Shown: positions 31,135 through 43,389, counted from the first letter of the stretch. The stretch: 64,000 bases of DNA from Minisyncoccia bacterium (GCA_049997795.1 JBEKVT010000002.1:129664-193663), one strand, 5' to 3'. The notes: a model not told the origin generated them from the letters alone. Made by a program: numbers and translations.

Positions 31135-31809
31135 TCACGCGGAAACGGCGCGGCTGTTCGTGATATTCAGGGCCGGCCTTATCAGGCTGTCGAACCCGGG
31201 AATCTCGTTTCCACGGAGAATAGAAGATACACGACTGTTGTTCCGTACCTTGTGCAGGGCGTGAAGCTCTATCTGCCTCGCCCTTTCCCTGGTGCAGCGG
31301 ATCTCATGAGCGACCTCATCGAGAATGAATCCTTTAAGGTAACGCATCTCGAGGACTTTCCACTCTCTCGGGGTCAAGATCTCTCTGATAGCGGCTATGA
31401 CGTCTTCGCAGTTCAGGCCGGAACCGGCTTCCGGCAGCATGAAGACCTGTACATTCGAAGACGGCTCGATCTTCAAGGTCTCCATGTCCCTGTCCACGAA
31501 GAAATCGAACGACTTCGCCCTTTCCATCACTCTGTCGTTGAAGACCTCGCCGGGGAACAGCTCATCGAACGACTTTCCGGTGAGTATGAGGAGTTTGGCC
31601 TTGAGCCGTTCGAGCCTTGCCTGCCCTCCTTTTTGGTTCCTGAAAGCGGGGGGTTTCATCCTCAAATTGATGATCCTCCCAAGATGACCTTCGTCTATTC
31701 CCAGGAATTCGGCGGCTTGTCTTATGGTCCAGCCGCGCCTTTTGATGGCTTGATACAAGTCCCCGTGTTTATGACGGATGACCACTGCGACCTTGAATTT
31801 TTTGCTCAT
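31135..31809 (-). CDS. HTH plus sigma70 region-4 domain protein
   Basis: N-terminal XRE-like TIRQAAEFLGI; C-terminal LTPREWKVLEMRY..LDEVA..TRERARQIE..AL.K. Confidence 0.7.
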   Translation of the reverse strand: MSKKFKVAVVIRHKHGDLYQAIKRRGWTIRQAAEFLGIDEGHLGRIINLRMKPPAFRNQKGGQARLERLKAKLLILTGKSFDELFPGEVFNDRVMERAKSFDFFVDRDMETLKIEPSSNVQVFMLPEAGSGLNCEDVIAAIREILTPREWKVLEMRYLKGFILDEVAHEIRCTRERARQIELHALHKVRNNSRVSSILRGNEIPGFDSLIRPALNITNSRAVSA

Positions 31810-31938
31810 CGGTAATCGGTTTTGGAGGTTGAAGGTTTGGTTTGCAAAAAGGTTCTGAAAAAATTATACACAAATATTTGACTCTGTCAAGATAAGTTGC
31901 CGGCGGCCTCGAAAGAAGATATCATTATTTCCACCAAC

Positions 31939-33693
31939 ATGGCCGCCTCGATCGAGCACATCCGCCACTCCCTCGCCCACCTCCTGGCGGCGGCGGTCTT
32001 GGAGATGTACCCGGGGGCGAAGAACACCATCGGCCCGGCCATAGACAACGGCTTCTACTACGACTTCGAATTCCCCAAGGGCAAGGCGCCGTCGGACAAG
32101 GACCTGCCGAAGATAGAGAAGAAGATGAAGGAGATCCTCCCGACCTGGAAGGGCTTCACCGGCAAGGAAGTCTCGGCAAAGGAGGCCCGGGCCGCCTTCA
32201 AGGGCAACCCGTACAAGCTCGAGCTCATCAAGGACCTCGTCGCCGACAAGGAAAAGATCACTCTCTACACCGCCGGCTCATTCACCGACCTCTGCCGCGG
32301 CGGCCACGCCGAGAATCCGGGGAAGGATATCGCTCCCGACTCATTCAAGCTCGCGCGCCTGGCCGGTGCCTATTGGCGCGGCGACGAGAAGAACGCCATG
32401 CTCACCAGGATCTACGGCCTGGCTTTCGGCTCCAAGAAAGAGCTCGAGGACTACGAGGCCATGATGAAAGAGGCAGAGAAGCGGGACCACCGCAAGCTCG
32501 GCAAGGAGATGGACATCTTCGAGTTCGACGATGACGTCGGCCCCGGTCTTCCCCTCTGGCTCCCGAACGGCGGCGCCATGATCGAGGAATTGGAGAAGTT
32601 GGCCAAAGAGACCGAATTCAAGGCCGGCTATGTCCGGGTGCGCACCCCGCACATCGCCAAAGAATCCATGTACTTGAAGAGCGGCCATCTGCCCTATTAC
32701 GAAGAGACCATGTTCCCACCCATGGAATACGAAGGCGGCAAGTACTACCTGAAGGCCATGAATTGCCCGCACCACCACAAGATCTACGCTTCGCGCAAGC
32801 GGAGCTGGCGGGATCTGCCCCTGCGCCTCGCAGAATACGGCACGAACTACCGGCACGAGAAGTCGGGCGAGCTCTTCGGCCTGATGAGGGTTCGCATGCT
32901 TTCGATGAACGACGCCCATATATATTGCTCGGAAGAGCAGTTCGCCGACGAATTCAGGGCCGTCAACGATATGTATCTCCAATACTTCAAGATCTTCGGC
33001 CTCGGCAGATACGTCATGCGCTTTTCCACTCATGACCCCGAGCAGCTCGGCAAAAAATACGTCGGCGAGCCGGAACTGTGGAAGAAGACCGAGGACATGG
33101 TCCGCAAGGTCCTGGTGGATTCGAAGATCCCGTTCGTGGAAGCGCCGAACGAGGCCGCCTTCTACGGTCCGAAGATAGACGTCCAGGTCTGGAGCGCCAT
33201 CGGCCGGGAATTCACTCTGGCGACTAATCAAGTGGACTTCGCCGTGCCGCGCCGCTTCGGCCTCACCTACACCGACAAGGACGGCAAGGAGAAGACCCCG
33301 CTCTGCATCCACCGCGCGCCACTCGGCACACACGAGCGCTTCATCGGCTTCCTGATCGAGCATTACGGCGGCAACTTCCCTCTCTGGCTCGCGCCCGTCC
33401 AGGTCAAAGTCGTCCCGGTGGCCGAGGCCCATTTCGACGCCGCCAAGAAAGTCCATGAATCTCTGCGCGCCGCCATGATTCGCTCGGAGATAGACTTGTC
33501 GAACGACTCGTTCGGCAAGAAGATCCGGAACGCCAAGACCGCTCGCGTCCCTTATTTCATCGTGATCGGCGAGAAGGACATCCAAGCCGGCAAGGCCACC
33601 TTGGAGAGCCGCGACAAGGGCCAGATCGGGCAGATGCCGCTTCAGGAGATATTGAAAAGGTTCGAGGAAGAGATAAAAGAAAGGCGCGGCTGA
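31939..33693 (+). CDS. thrS: Threonine--tRNA ligase (no TGS domain)
   Basis: RHSLAH, DLCRGGH, RDHRKLG, MNCP, FYGPKID, IHRA. Confidence 0.97.
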   Translation: MAASIEHIRHSLAHLLAAAVLEMYPGAKNTIGPAIDNGFYYDFEFPKGKAPSDKDLPKIEKKMKEILPTWKGFTGKEVSAKEARAAFKGNPYKLELIKDLVADKEKITLYTAGSFTDLCRGGHAENPGKDIAPDSFKLARLAGAYWRGDEKNAMLTRIYGLAFGSKKELEDYEAMMKEAEKRDHRKLGKEMDIFEFDDDVGPGLPLWLPNGGAMIEELEKLAKETEFKAGYVRVRTPHIAKESMYLKSGHLPYYEETMFPPMEYEGGKYYLKAMNCPHHHKIYASRKRSWRDLPLRLAEYGTNYRHEKSGELFGLMRVRMLSMNDAHIYCSEEQFADEFRAVNDMYLQYFKIFGLGRYVMRFSTHDPEQLGKKYVGEPELWKKTEDMVRKVLVDSKIPFVEAPNEAAFYGPKIDVQVWSAIGREFTLATNQVDFAVPRRFGLTYTDKDGKEKTPLCIHRAPLGTHERFIGFLIEHYGGNFPLWLAPVQVKVVPVAEAHFDAAKKVHESLRAAMIRSEIDLSNDSFGKKIRNAKTARVPYFIVIGEKDIQAGKATLESRDKGQIGQMPLQEILKRFEEEIKERRG

Positions 33694-33769
33694 AACGCAC
33701 AAGCCGCGCATAACATAAAATGTTTCAGGCCCTTCGCATCGGATGCGAAAGGCCTGGGTTTGGGTTAAA

Positions 33770-34111
33770 TCACGCTGCGCATCGGGCGCGGACTTGGGCG
33801 ATACCCCGGAGCGTTTGCTCGCGGTCAGGGATATCCTCGCTTATCCACGCGCCGAACTGTTGCAGGCTCGAGATCATCTTCTTGGGATCGCCAGGTTCTC
33901 CGACGCACACCGGGATGAACTGCTTGCGTCTCAGGCTTTCCGAGAGGAATCTCATCGCTCCTGCCAAGGAGGCCTTGACTTGGACGGCGCCGATTTCCGG
34001 CACCATCACGTCTTTGCCTCCGTCATTGAGTCCGCCGACTACTTGTCCGCCAAGGAGGCGGGCATAAGCGGTCTCGAACTCATCGCCGACGAATTTGGTC
34101 GTCGTTCTCAT
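33770..34111 (-). CDS. Small PD-(D/E)xK (Mrr-like) nuclease-fold protein
   Basis: GDEFE...LL...GGLNDGGKD...AVQVK matches the FE / DxGxD / QxK signature. Confidence 0.55.
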   Translation of the reverse strand: MRTTTKFVGDEFETAYARLLGGQVVGGLNDGGKDVMVPEIGAVQVKASLAGAMRFLSESLRRKQFIPVCVGEPGDPKKMISSLQQFGAWISEDIPDREQTLRGIAQVRARCAA

Positions 34112-34166
34112 GGGAGTTGTGTAACTGACAAGGTTCTGGAACAAAGGTTAGTCTGTCGTCTTACCG

Positions 34167-34328
34167 TCAGAAGAGGTGGAGTCCTTTCGAGAGTTCCCGA
34201 AGGATCCCCGCCCTCGCGCGATCCCATGTTTCCTTGTGCTCTGAAGCCATAAGGAAATGGATCGCCATGCGTGCCAGACTGCTATGGATCACTGCGCACG
34301 CCAGGAAAATTTCAAGCTTCTGTTTCAT
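34167..34328 (-). CDS. 53-aa hypothetical protein (not in ORF track)
   Basis: MKQKLEIFLACAVIHSSLARMAIHFLMASEHKETWDRARAGILRELSKGLHLF, co-oriented directly upstream of the nuclease-like gene. Confidence 0.3.
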   Translation of the reverse strand: MKQKLEIFLACAVIHSSLARMAIHFLMASEHKETWDRARAGILRELSKGLHLF

Positions 34329-34496
34329 GGGATGATAAAGTGTTGTTTCCGTGATCTTTCTACTACATATTATAGCATATCAGTATACATAATGTCAAGT
34401 ATCATTGCGCAATATTAAGACACGAAAAGCCCTTGATATTCAAGGGTTTCCTGGTTCAGTCCAAGGACATATCGAAAATAATGGTGCCCGGGAAGT

Positions 34497-34760
34497 TCAT
34501 TCGCCGGGCACTGGTTCGCGCTTCGCCTCGTCGGAAGATCGGGACATCATTCCCGCCTTCATCCCTCTCGCCTTTATTCTCCTCGCCAGAGTAAGGATGG
34601 TCTCGCGGGTATAGCCGAGTTCTCTCGAGATCACGACCATCCCGGCCGTTGCTTCCGACTCTTCTTTGGTAAAAGAGCCTCTGCCCTCCCTCTCTCTCGC
34701 CTGGAGGACTTTCGCCAGTTCCGCGTAGCGCAGCACCTTCTCTCTTTCGAGGTCGTTCAT
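34497..34760 (-). CDS. Hypothetical protein
   Basis: 87-aa ORF with strong SD AAGGAGG. Confidence 0.55.
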   Translation of the reverse strand: MNDLEREKVLRYAELAKVLQAREREGRGSFTKEESEATAGMVVISRELGYTRETILTLARRIKARGMKAGMMSRSSDEAKREPVPGE

Positions 34761-34890
34761 TTTGTTGACCTCCTTTCTTTCCGCCGGTCCAAATCTATCA
34801 CAGCCGACCGACGGGAGTCAAATCTCCGCAAAAACGAAAGGACTCCCTCTAGGGAGCCCTTTCGCCGTTTTTCCTTAAGGCTTATAAGCT

Positions 34891-36177
34891 TCAGATCTTC
34901 GGCCGATTGAAGAGGAGATACATGACCGTGGAGAAGAGAACCAGGATGACCATGACCGCTATCCAGCCCCAAGGCACATTGCCGAGAGAGAAGGCCGCGG
35001 CCGCGGGCAAGGCGTTCCCTTGCGTCTGTTGCTGGACCGCCGGTTGCTGTTGGACAGGGGCAGCAGTGCCACCGCCAGCGCCTCTTACAGTGACCGTGTT
35101 GGAGCAGGCCTTGGTGCCCGTCTTGCCGTCGGCCGAAGTGACCGCTACGATAGCGCTCTTGGCGCCGGAAGAAGCGTAGTACTTGATGGCCGAGCTCTGA
35201 GTGCCGGAAAGGCCGTCGGAGCCGGTCCAGGAATAGGTGTAGGGAGCGAGACCGCCGGAAACTTCAACAGACCAGGTGATCGGCTGATTCACGGCCGCAG
35301 TCGACGGGTCGGCGTAACAACCGATGTCGAGACCGCTCGCGTTGGACGAGCCGACCACAACCGTGGTGGCGCCGGCCGGGATCCCCACGTTCACGAAGCT
35401 ATTGCAGGGCTCGGTGATGGTCTGGCCGTTGGAATAGACCGTGACCGAGGCGTACTTCGAGCCTGGCTGGCCATAGGTGTAGTAGATCGACTGGCCAGAG
35501 CCGGATATGCCGTCGGTGCCGGACCAGCTGTAGTTGTAGTAGCCGTTGCCGCCGGTCGCCGAGGCGCTCCAGGTGACGGCCGTGCCGAGGGGCGTGTAGG
35601 TCGTGTTGGCCTGGCAGGAAGCGGAGAGCGACGGATAGTAGGTGCCGTACGGCTGGTTGTAATAGTACGCATTGCCGTAGACGCTGACCGAACCGCTGCA
35701 ATTGACCGTGATAGTCTGGCCGTTGGAATAGACCGTGACCGAGGCAGTCTTGACGCCCGAGTTGTAATAGGACATCGAGATCGACTGGCCGGAGCCGGAA
35801 AGGCCGTCAGTGCCGGACCAGCTGTAGCTGTAAGAGCCGCTGCCGCCGGAAGCGGAAGCCGCCCATTGGATCGCCGTACCGGTAGGCACGGACGCTCCCG
35901 CGTTCACGGCATAGCAGGAAGCGGTGAGCGGATAGTACGACTGATACTGCGTGTAGTAGGTCGGGTAATTATAGCTGACCGCGGGCTCAGACTCGCATTG
36001 CCAGTAGCCGCTCGAGGTGAGCATCACTGGATAGGTGCCCGCGGGACAGTTGTAATTGCTGCCATACCAGTCCGCCTTGGCATAAGAAGGAAAGGCTCCG
36101 ACGGATACGGCGAGGACGAGCGTAAGCAACGCCAGTCCAATCGACACACCGATCTTGTTATTGTATAGGTTTTTCAT
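34891..36177 (-). CDS. Surface protein with three PKD-like repeats and C-terminal TM anchor
   Basis: Signal peptide; three modules SC.A...W.A..SGG...Y.YSW.G.DG.SG; C-terminal hydrophobic helix. Confidence 0.8.
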   Translation of the reverse strand: MKNLYNNKIGVSIGLALLTLVLAVSVGAFPSYAKADWYGSNYNCPAGTYPVMLTSSGYWQCESEPAVSYNYPTYYTQYQSYYPLTASCYAVNAGASVPTGTAIQWAASASGGSGSYSYSWSGTDGLSGSGQSISMSYYNSGVKTASVTVYSNGQTITVNCSGSVSVYGNAYYYNQPYGTYYPSLSASCQANTTYTPLGTAVTWSASATGGNGYYNYSWSGTDGISGSGQSIYYTYGQPGSKYASVTVYSNGQTITEPCNSFVNVGIPAGATTVVVGSSNASGLDIGCYADPSTAAVNQPITWSVEVSGGLAPYTYSWTGSDGLSGTQSSAIKYYASSGAKSAIVAVTSADGKTGTKACSNTVTVRGAGGGTAAPVQQQPAVQQQTQGNALPAAAAFSLGNVPWGWIAVMVILVLFSTVMYLLFNRPKI

Positions 36178-36270
36178 AAATGGCTTAACCAAGCGTTATA
36201 TCATGGCTCGGTTGGTTTAAAGTGATAACGTAATGTATTGTATACTAAAACGCAATAAAAGTCAAGGGGG

Positions 36271-36343
36271 TGCCGAGGACCAGGATCGAACTGGTGACCC
36301 TTCCCTCTTCAGGGGAATGCTCTACCAACTGAGCTACCTCGGC
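36271..36343 (-). tRNA. tRNA-Phe(GAA)
   Basis: GCCGAGG acceptor, loop CTGAAGA, GTTCGATCC. Confidence 0.95.
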
Positions 36344-36379
36344 GTTGATTCGTATTTTCAAACCTAATGGCGACTGATA

Positions 36380-36628
36380 TCACATTCCCAGCGAGTGTTG
36401 GATGCCTGGTAACCCGCCGACCTTATCCAACAGAGCCGAGAGGGTCATCAAATAAGGCTGAACGTAATAATAGGCACCGAACGAAACGACGATGATGACG
36501 ATCCAGTAGAGGACATGCAAGATGGAGGTGAACCGGTTAGAACGGCGGATGCCGCGGAGGATCTTATTGTTCTCCTCCGAGAGCTGGCAAGCCCGCTCTA
36601 GCATCGATCTCTCTTCCGGGGTCATCAC
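36380..36628 (-). CDS. Small single-TM hypothetical protein
   Basis: MTPEE..L....EENNKIL..IRR plus TM; resembles 22184-22396. Confidence 0.7.
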   Translation of the reverse strand: MMTPEERSMLERACQLSEENNKILRGIRRSNRFTSILHVLYWIVIIVVSFGAYYYVQPYLMTLSALLDKVGGLPGIQHSLGM

Positions 36629-36693
36629 GGTAAATCCTAGCAGAAAAGCGGAAATGCCGCAAAACGCTTCATGTGCTATATTCCTAGTGCGGC

Positions 36694-36765
36694 GCCCCCG
36701 TAGTTCAACGGATAGAACAACTCCGTCCTAAGGAGTGGATGTAGGTTCAATTCCTGCCGGGGGTA
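36694..36765 (+). tRNA. tRNA-Arg(CCT)
   Basis: GCCCCCG/CGGGGGT acceptor, stem ACTCC/GGAGT with loop GTCCTAA, GGTTCAATTCC. Confidence 0.88.
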
Positions 36766-37706
36766 CTCTTAAGAGCTTCGACGATCGGACCTATCTTCCC
36801 TTTCATAATCTCGGGAAGATTGTGCCACGATTCATTGATGCGGTGGTCGGTGACGCGGTCCTGCGGGAAGTTATAGGTGCGGATCTTCTCGGAGCGATCG
36901 CCGGTGCCGATCTGGCCTTTGCGTTCGGCGGCGAACTTCTTCATGTCCTCTTCGGCCTTAAGAGCTTCGAGCTTGGCCGTGAGGACGACGAAGGCCCGCT
37001 CCTTGTTGGCATTCTGGCTGCGCTCGGCGCTCGAACGGATCATGATGCCGCTCGGCTTGTGGAAGAGGCGGACGGCCGTCTCGACCTTGTTGACGTTCTG
37101 GCCGCCCTTGCCGCCGGAGCGCGTGAACTCGACCGTGATGTCTGCGGGGTCGATGACGATCTTGGATTTCTTGCGGATAGGCATGATGGCCACCGAGGCG
37201 GTCGAGGTGTGGACACGACCTGATTTCTCCGTCTCCGGCACGCGCTGGACGCGGTGGACGCCGGTCTCGAAGCGCAGATCGTCGTAAGCGCCATTGCCTT
37301 TTATCTCCATCGAGGCCTCCTTATAGCCGCCCAGGTCGTTCTTCGATTCGTCTATGACCTTCGCCATCCAGCCCTTGGCTTCGGCGTATTTCTTGTACAT
37401 GTTCAAAAGCTCGGCCGCGAAGAGAGCGGCTTCGTCGCCGCCGGCGCCAGCCCTGACTTCAAGGATCATCTCGACCGGGCTCTCTTCCTCTTCTTCGCCT
37501 TTATCGGCCGAGACGATAGCGGCCATCTGGGCTTCCAGGGCCTTCTTCTGCTCTAGGATGGACGCGAGGTCGTGCTCCGCCATCTCTTTAAGCGACGGAT
37601 CCTTCTCCATCATCGCTCTGGTCTCCGCCTCATCTTTATCCAGTTTCTCGTATAGGCCGGCGATAAAAGACGTCTTGGGATTCGCTTTGAAAGCTTTCAG
37701 ATCCAT
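36747..37706 (-). CDS. prfA: Peptide chain release factor 1
   Basis: [23 protein letters not shown] (PxT), [17 protein letters not shown]; start at MDLKAF (37706). Confidence 0.95.
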   Translation of the reverse strand: MDLKAFKANPKTSFIAGLYEKLDKDEAETRAMMEKDPSLKEMAEHDLASILEQKKALEAQMAAIVSADKGEEEEESPVEMILEVRAGAGGDEAALFAAELLNMYKKYAEAKGWMAKVIDESKNDLGGYKEASMEIKGNGAYDDLRFETGVHRVQRVPETEKSGRVHTSTASVAIMPIRKKSKIVIDPADITVEFTRSGGKGGQNVNKVETAVRLFHKPSGIMIRSSAERSQNANKERAFVVLTAKLEALKAEEDMKKFAAERKGQIGTGDRSEKIRTYNFPQDRVTDHRINESWHNLPEIMKGKIGPIVEALKSTPGRN

Positions 37707-37981
37707 TATTTCTTGGCCTGCCTGCCGGTAGGCACGGCCTTGGCCTGGCGGGTCTTGAATTTCTCCACCCGGCCGGCGGTATCCACGATCTTCTCCTGGT
37801 TGGTGTAGAACGGGTGCGAGGCGCTCGAGATCTCGACGCGGTGCAGCGGGTATTCCTTGCCGTCGGTCCATTTGGCGGTCTCTTTGGCCTCGATGGTGGA
37901 CGAGATGAGGAACCTCGCTTGGCTCGAATTGTCGGCGAAGATGACTGGACGGTAATTCTTGGGATGGATGTCTTTTTTCAT
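37706..37981 (-). CDS. rpmE: 50S ribosomal protein L31 (type B, no Zn ligands)
   Basis: [31 protein letters not shown]. Confidence 0.95.
   Translation of the reverse strand: MKKDIHPKNYRPVIFADNSSQARFLISSTIEAKETAKWTDGKEYPLHRVEISSASHPFYTNQEKIVDTAGRVEKFKTRQAKAVPTGRQAKK
37715..37738. repeat. Short coding palindrome (copy in rpmE 3' end)
   Basis: GGCCTGCCTGCCGGTAGGCACGGC, 23/24 identical to the priA copy. Confidence 0.75.
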
Positions 37982-38036
37982 AGCTCCGATAATTTAGCAC
38001 GGAAATCCGTGGAACACAAGGAAAATCCCTGTTATA

Positions 38037-39217
38037 ATGGCTCTCATCATGAACAACCATCCGGCTCCGAGAAGCCACATGGTCTATACCATCGCCGTCA
38101 TCGGCTTCATCTACACCCTGAACCTGGTGATCCCGATGTACTCCAACTCGAGCTTCTTGTCGCTCTTCGCCGACGAGCAGACGCTGGGCTTCATCTATAT
38201 GGCGGGAGCGGCGGTCTCCGTCCTGGGCCTCCTCCTCGCGCCGGCCGTGATAAGGAGGCTCGGTAATTACACGACGGCACTCTGGCTCGTGATCATCCAG
38301 ATCGCCCTTTTCTGGGGCCTGGTCGGGGCCTCTTCGCCGAGCCTGTTGGCTTTCATCTTCATCCTGCAAACGGCCGTGGCGACGGTGATCGGCCTTTCGC
38401 TCGACATCTTCCTGGAAGTCTATACCGGCGGCCAGTCCGTCGGGGCCGTGCGCGGCTTGTACAACGCCACCTTGAACGCCTCGTGGGTGGTGGCTCCGCT
38501 CATCGGTTCGATGCTCATAAACGGCACAGGCAGCTTCCGGAACACCTACGTGGCCGGCCTGGCCATGCTCTTCCCGCTCGCCTACCTCATATACCGAAAT
38601 TTCCCGCGCTTCAAGGACCCGAACTACATGCACTTGTCTCCCTGGCAGCTATGGAAGCATGTCTCCGCGAACGTAAGCTGGGTCAGGCTGTTCTTCGCCA
38701 GCGTCATCCTGCAAGTCTTCTACGCCTGGATGACGGTCTACAGCCCGCTCTACCTCAATAAGACCATGGGCTTCGGCTGGGAGGAGATCGGCATCATCCT
38801 GGTCGTCATGCTCTTGCCGTTCCCCCTCATCCAATATCCCCTCGGCAAGCTGTCCGACAAGAGGTACGGCGAGAAGAAGATCATGGCCACGGGCTTCGGC
38901 TTGATGGGGCTTTCGACCATGGTCCTCGCTTTCATAACCGCGCATAGCGTCCTCGTCTGGGCCGCCGCTCTCTTCGTGACCAGGATCGGCGCGGCGGCGG
39001 CGGAAGTGATGATGGAGTCATACTTTTTCAAGACCGTCTCGCCGCGCGACTCGGCTGCTCTCGGCATGTTCCGGATAACCAGGCCGATCTCTTACTTCAT
39101 CGCTCCGCTCGTGACCGGCTTCGGGCTCCTGTTCGTCCCGAACGCCTATCTCTTCACGGTGATAGGCGCCATCTCGCTCCTAGCCCTGTGGCCGGCGCTG
39201 ACGATCAGGGATACGAA

Positions 39218-39221
<4 letters not shown>
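38037..39221 (+). CDS. MFS transporter
   Basis: About 12 hydrophobic segments; [11 protein letters not shown] loop motif. Confidence 0.88.
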
Positions 39222-41281
<2,060 letters not shown>

Positions 41282-41300
41282 ATGTCCGTCTTTTCCGAGC

Positions 41301-41335
41301 AAAAAGAAAATCCCCGTTCGGGGAGTTTTCTTTTT
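41301..41335. terminator. Bidirectional intrinsic terminator
   Basis: AAAAAGAAAA-TCCCC-gttc-GGGGA-gTTTTCTTTTT. Confidence 0.75.
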
Positions 41336-41354
41336 GCGACTCCCGAACCATGAC

Positions 41355-41447
41355 CTAGGCCCGCGAAGGAGTCTGCGGAGCCGGCGGCGGGACCGGAGGA
41401 ACCGGAGAGGCCGGAGGCGGCACGGGCGGAACTGGCGGCTTGGCCAT
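41355..41447 (-). CDS. Putative 30-aa proline-rich peptide (not in ORF track)
   Basis: MAKPPVPPVPPPASPVPPVPPPAPQTPSRA; terminator downstream, TATACT upstream. Confidence 0.4.
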   Translation of the reverse strand: MAKPPVPPVPPPASPVPPVPPPAPQTPSRA

Positions 41448-41631
41448 AATGATAAAGGCGGGTTGATTAGCTCCCGCACGCGTCGAAGTATACACCTGAA
41501 TCAAGCTGTGCCAAGGTTAGCTAATCGAATTGACGGCTTGTCAATAATGACGACAGGATAATGGCCCAAATAAGCCATTTAAGGACACGGCACCGGCCGA
41601 CAGAATATTAGGAAATGCACCTCCGAAACCT

Positions 41632-42990
41632 TCAAGAATGAGACAGGGGAGCCTCCCGGATCTTCCCCGCCAGGAGCGTCCCCGCGTATCGGACCAGGAG
41701 GATCGAGGCCGTGGCGCAAAAGATCCCGAGCGACCAGCCGGCGATGACGTCGGAAGCCCAGTGGACGTTCAAAACCAGGCGTGACAGGCCGATCGCGATC
41801 GTGAGGAGCACGCAGCCGGTCATCAGGAGCTCGCGCTTGATCCAGGAACGGACGCGGAACGACAGCAAGTACGCCACGACGACGAAAAAGGCGGCGGCGA
41901 AGGCCGCGTGGCCAGACGGGAAGCTCGGGTCGGAGATAAGGGAGGCGTGATCGAAGAAGATCCCCAAGCCGGCCGGAGGGGCCGGGATGAGCCCGACGAG
42001 GCCGTCCGGCCGGACCCTAAGGACCAGATCTTTCAGCCAGCCGACGGAGAGGGCCGTCGAGCCGACCGAAAGGAGCATGATGGCGGCCGAGCGCCAGCGC
42101 TTCCGATAAGCCATGATCATGCCGCCGATAACGGTCAGGATGCCTACCGTCGTCACGCCGCCCACGGCGCTCACCCAGGCGGCCGTCTCGGCGATGCGCG
42201 GTCCGGCGGCGCTTCCGGCCATGGAGACCGACAGAGCGCTCGCCCAGAGATCGAAACCGGCCAGATACGGCGGGCTGGTGAAGACGTCGCCTATCGTCCA
42301 GGCCAGGAAGCAAAGCGACAGCAGATTGAGCCCGAGGGCGAATAATTCGTAGCGCCGGAAGATGTGGAAGCGGATATTAACGAAGCGGTAGCTCCAGACG
42401 ATCAGGACGGAAGCGATGGCTGCCATCACCAAGAACCGGCCCCAGGCGACGGTCGCGGCTACCGCACTGTAGCCGAGACCCAGGCAATAGCCCAAAGCGA
42501 CGGAAAGGACGACCCAAAGGACGGCGCCCAAGCCGTTATAGAACCAGAATGACTTGTAGGGGGCCCGGTTGGCGCCGACGAGGAACGGCATGATGCCCCT
42601 CGTGACCGGATTGAACCTGCCGATCACCAAGGCCTTGCCGGTGTGAGCGTCGAGCAGGCGCTTGGCCTTCTCTAGGTGCGCGTCTTTTATGAAGAAATAC
42701 TTCCTCAGGCGGTCGATGAGCGGCCAGCCGTATCTCCTACCGAGGAGAAAGCTCGCATAATCGCCTGCCACGGCGCCGGTGATGCCTATCAAGAGGACGG
42801 GGACGGCGCCGAATACTCCGACTGAGACCAGGAAGCCGGCGGCCACGATAGTCACGTGGCCGGGAACGAGGATGCCGATGAGAGGTATGCCCTCGAGGAG
42901 CATTATGAAGAAGAGCGACGCATAACCGCCGCCTATTGCGACGGCGGTCAGGACCTTGGAAAGAGAGGATAGAAATCGCAGATAAGCCAT
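41632..42990 (-). CDS. DedA (VTT) - PAP2 phosphatase fusion protein
   Basis: LEG..LVPG, GD..SF.LGR.YG, GRF.P..R (DedA); K...R.RP, SFPSGH, SRLVLNVHWASDV (PAP2). Confidence 0.9.
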   Translation of the reverse strand: MAYLRFLSSLSKVLTAVAIGGGYASLFFIMLLEGIPLIGILVPGHVTIVAAGFLVSVGVFGAVPVLLIGITGAVAGDYASFLLGRRYGWPLIDRLRKYFFIKDAHLEKAKRLLDAHTGKALVIGRFNPVTRGIMPFLVGANRAPYKSFWFYNGLGAVLWVVLSVALGYCLGLGYSAVAATVAWGRFLVMAAIASVLIVWSYRFVNIRFHIFRRYELFALGLNLLSLCFLAWTIGDVFTSPPYLAGFDLWASALSVSMAGSAAGPRIAETAAWVSAVGGVTTVGILTVIGGMIMAYRKRWRSAAIMLLSVGSTALSVGWLKDLVLRVRPDGLVGLIPAPPAGLGIFFDHASLISDPSFPSGHAAFAAAFFVVVAYLLSFRVRSWIKRELLMTGCVLLTIAIGLSRLVLNVHWASDVIAGWSLGIFCATASILLVRYAGTLLAGKIREAPLSHS

Positions 42991-43109
42991 GGAATAAGGC
43001 ACATTATAACATGATTGCGGCGTAAAACCGACCGGTGTGATACAATATCAGTCTAATAAAGAGGTTGATCGAATTAAAAATACTAAGACATAGTCATTAT
43101 CATCGATTT

Positions 43110-43346
43110 ATGAAAGAAGTCACCATTTATTCCACGCCGACCTGCGTCTACTGCAACATGGCCAAGAGCTTTTTCAAGGCCAACGGACTGGATTACAAGG
43201 ATTTCAACGTGGCCACCGACTTGGAAAAGCGCAAGGAGATGATAGACAAGACCGGCCAGATGGGCGTGCCGGTCATAGATATCGGAGGGCAGATCGTCGT
43301 CGGCTTCGACGAGCAGAAGCTCCGGGCCGCGCTAGGGATCAAGTAA
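43110..43346 (+). CDS. Glutaredoxin-like protein (NrdH/YruB type)
   Basis: YSTPTCVYC, GQMGVPVI, VGFD. Confidence 0.92.
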   Translation: MKEVTIYSTPTCVYCNMAKSFFKANGLDYKDFNVATDLEKRKEMIDKTGQMGVPVIDIGGQIVVGFDEQKLRAALGIK

Positions 43347-43389
43347 GGGGAAAGTCAGGCGGAGAGGGAGCATATCGACAGCACATAAC

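Noticed and set aside
35879-35891. 13-nt match CCGGTAGGCACGG to the mini-palindrome
   Set aside because: Only half the motif and fits the protein repeat frame; may be chance
36747-38633. 628-aa ORF suggesting an N-terminally extended release factor
   Set aside because: The upstream part is off-frame over rpmE and antisense to the MFS gene; RF1 similarity starts at MDLKAF (37706)
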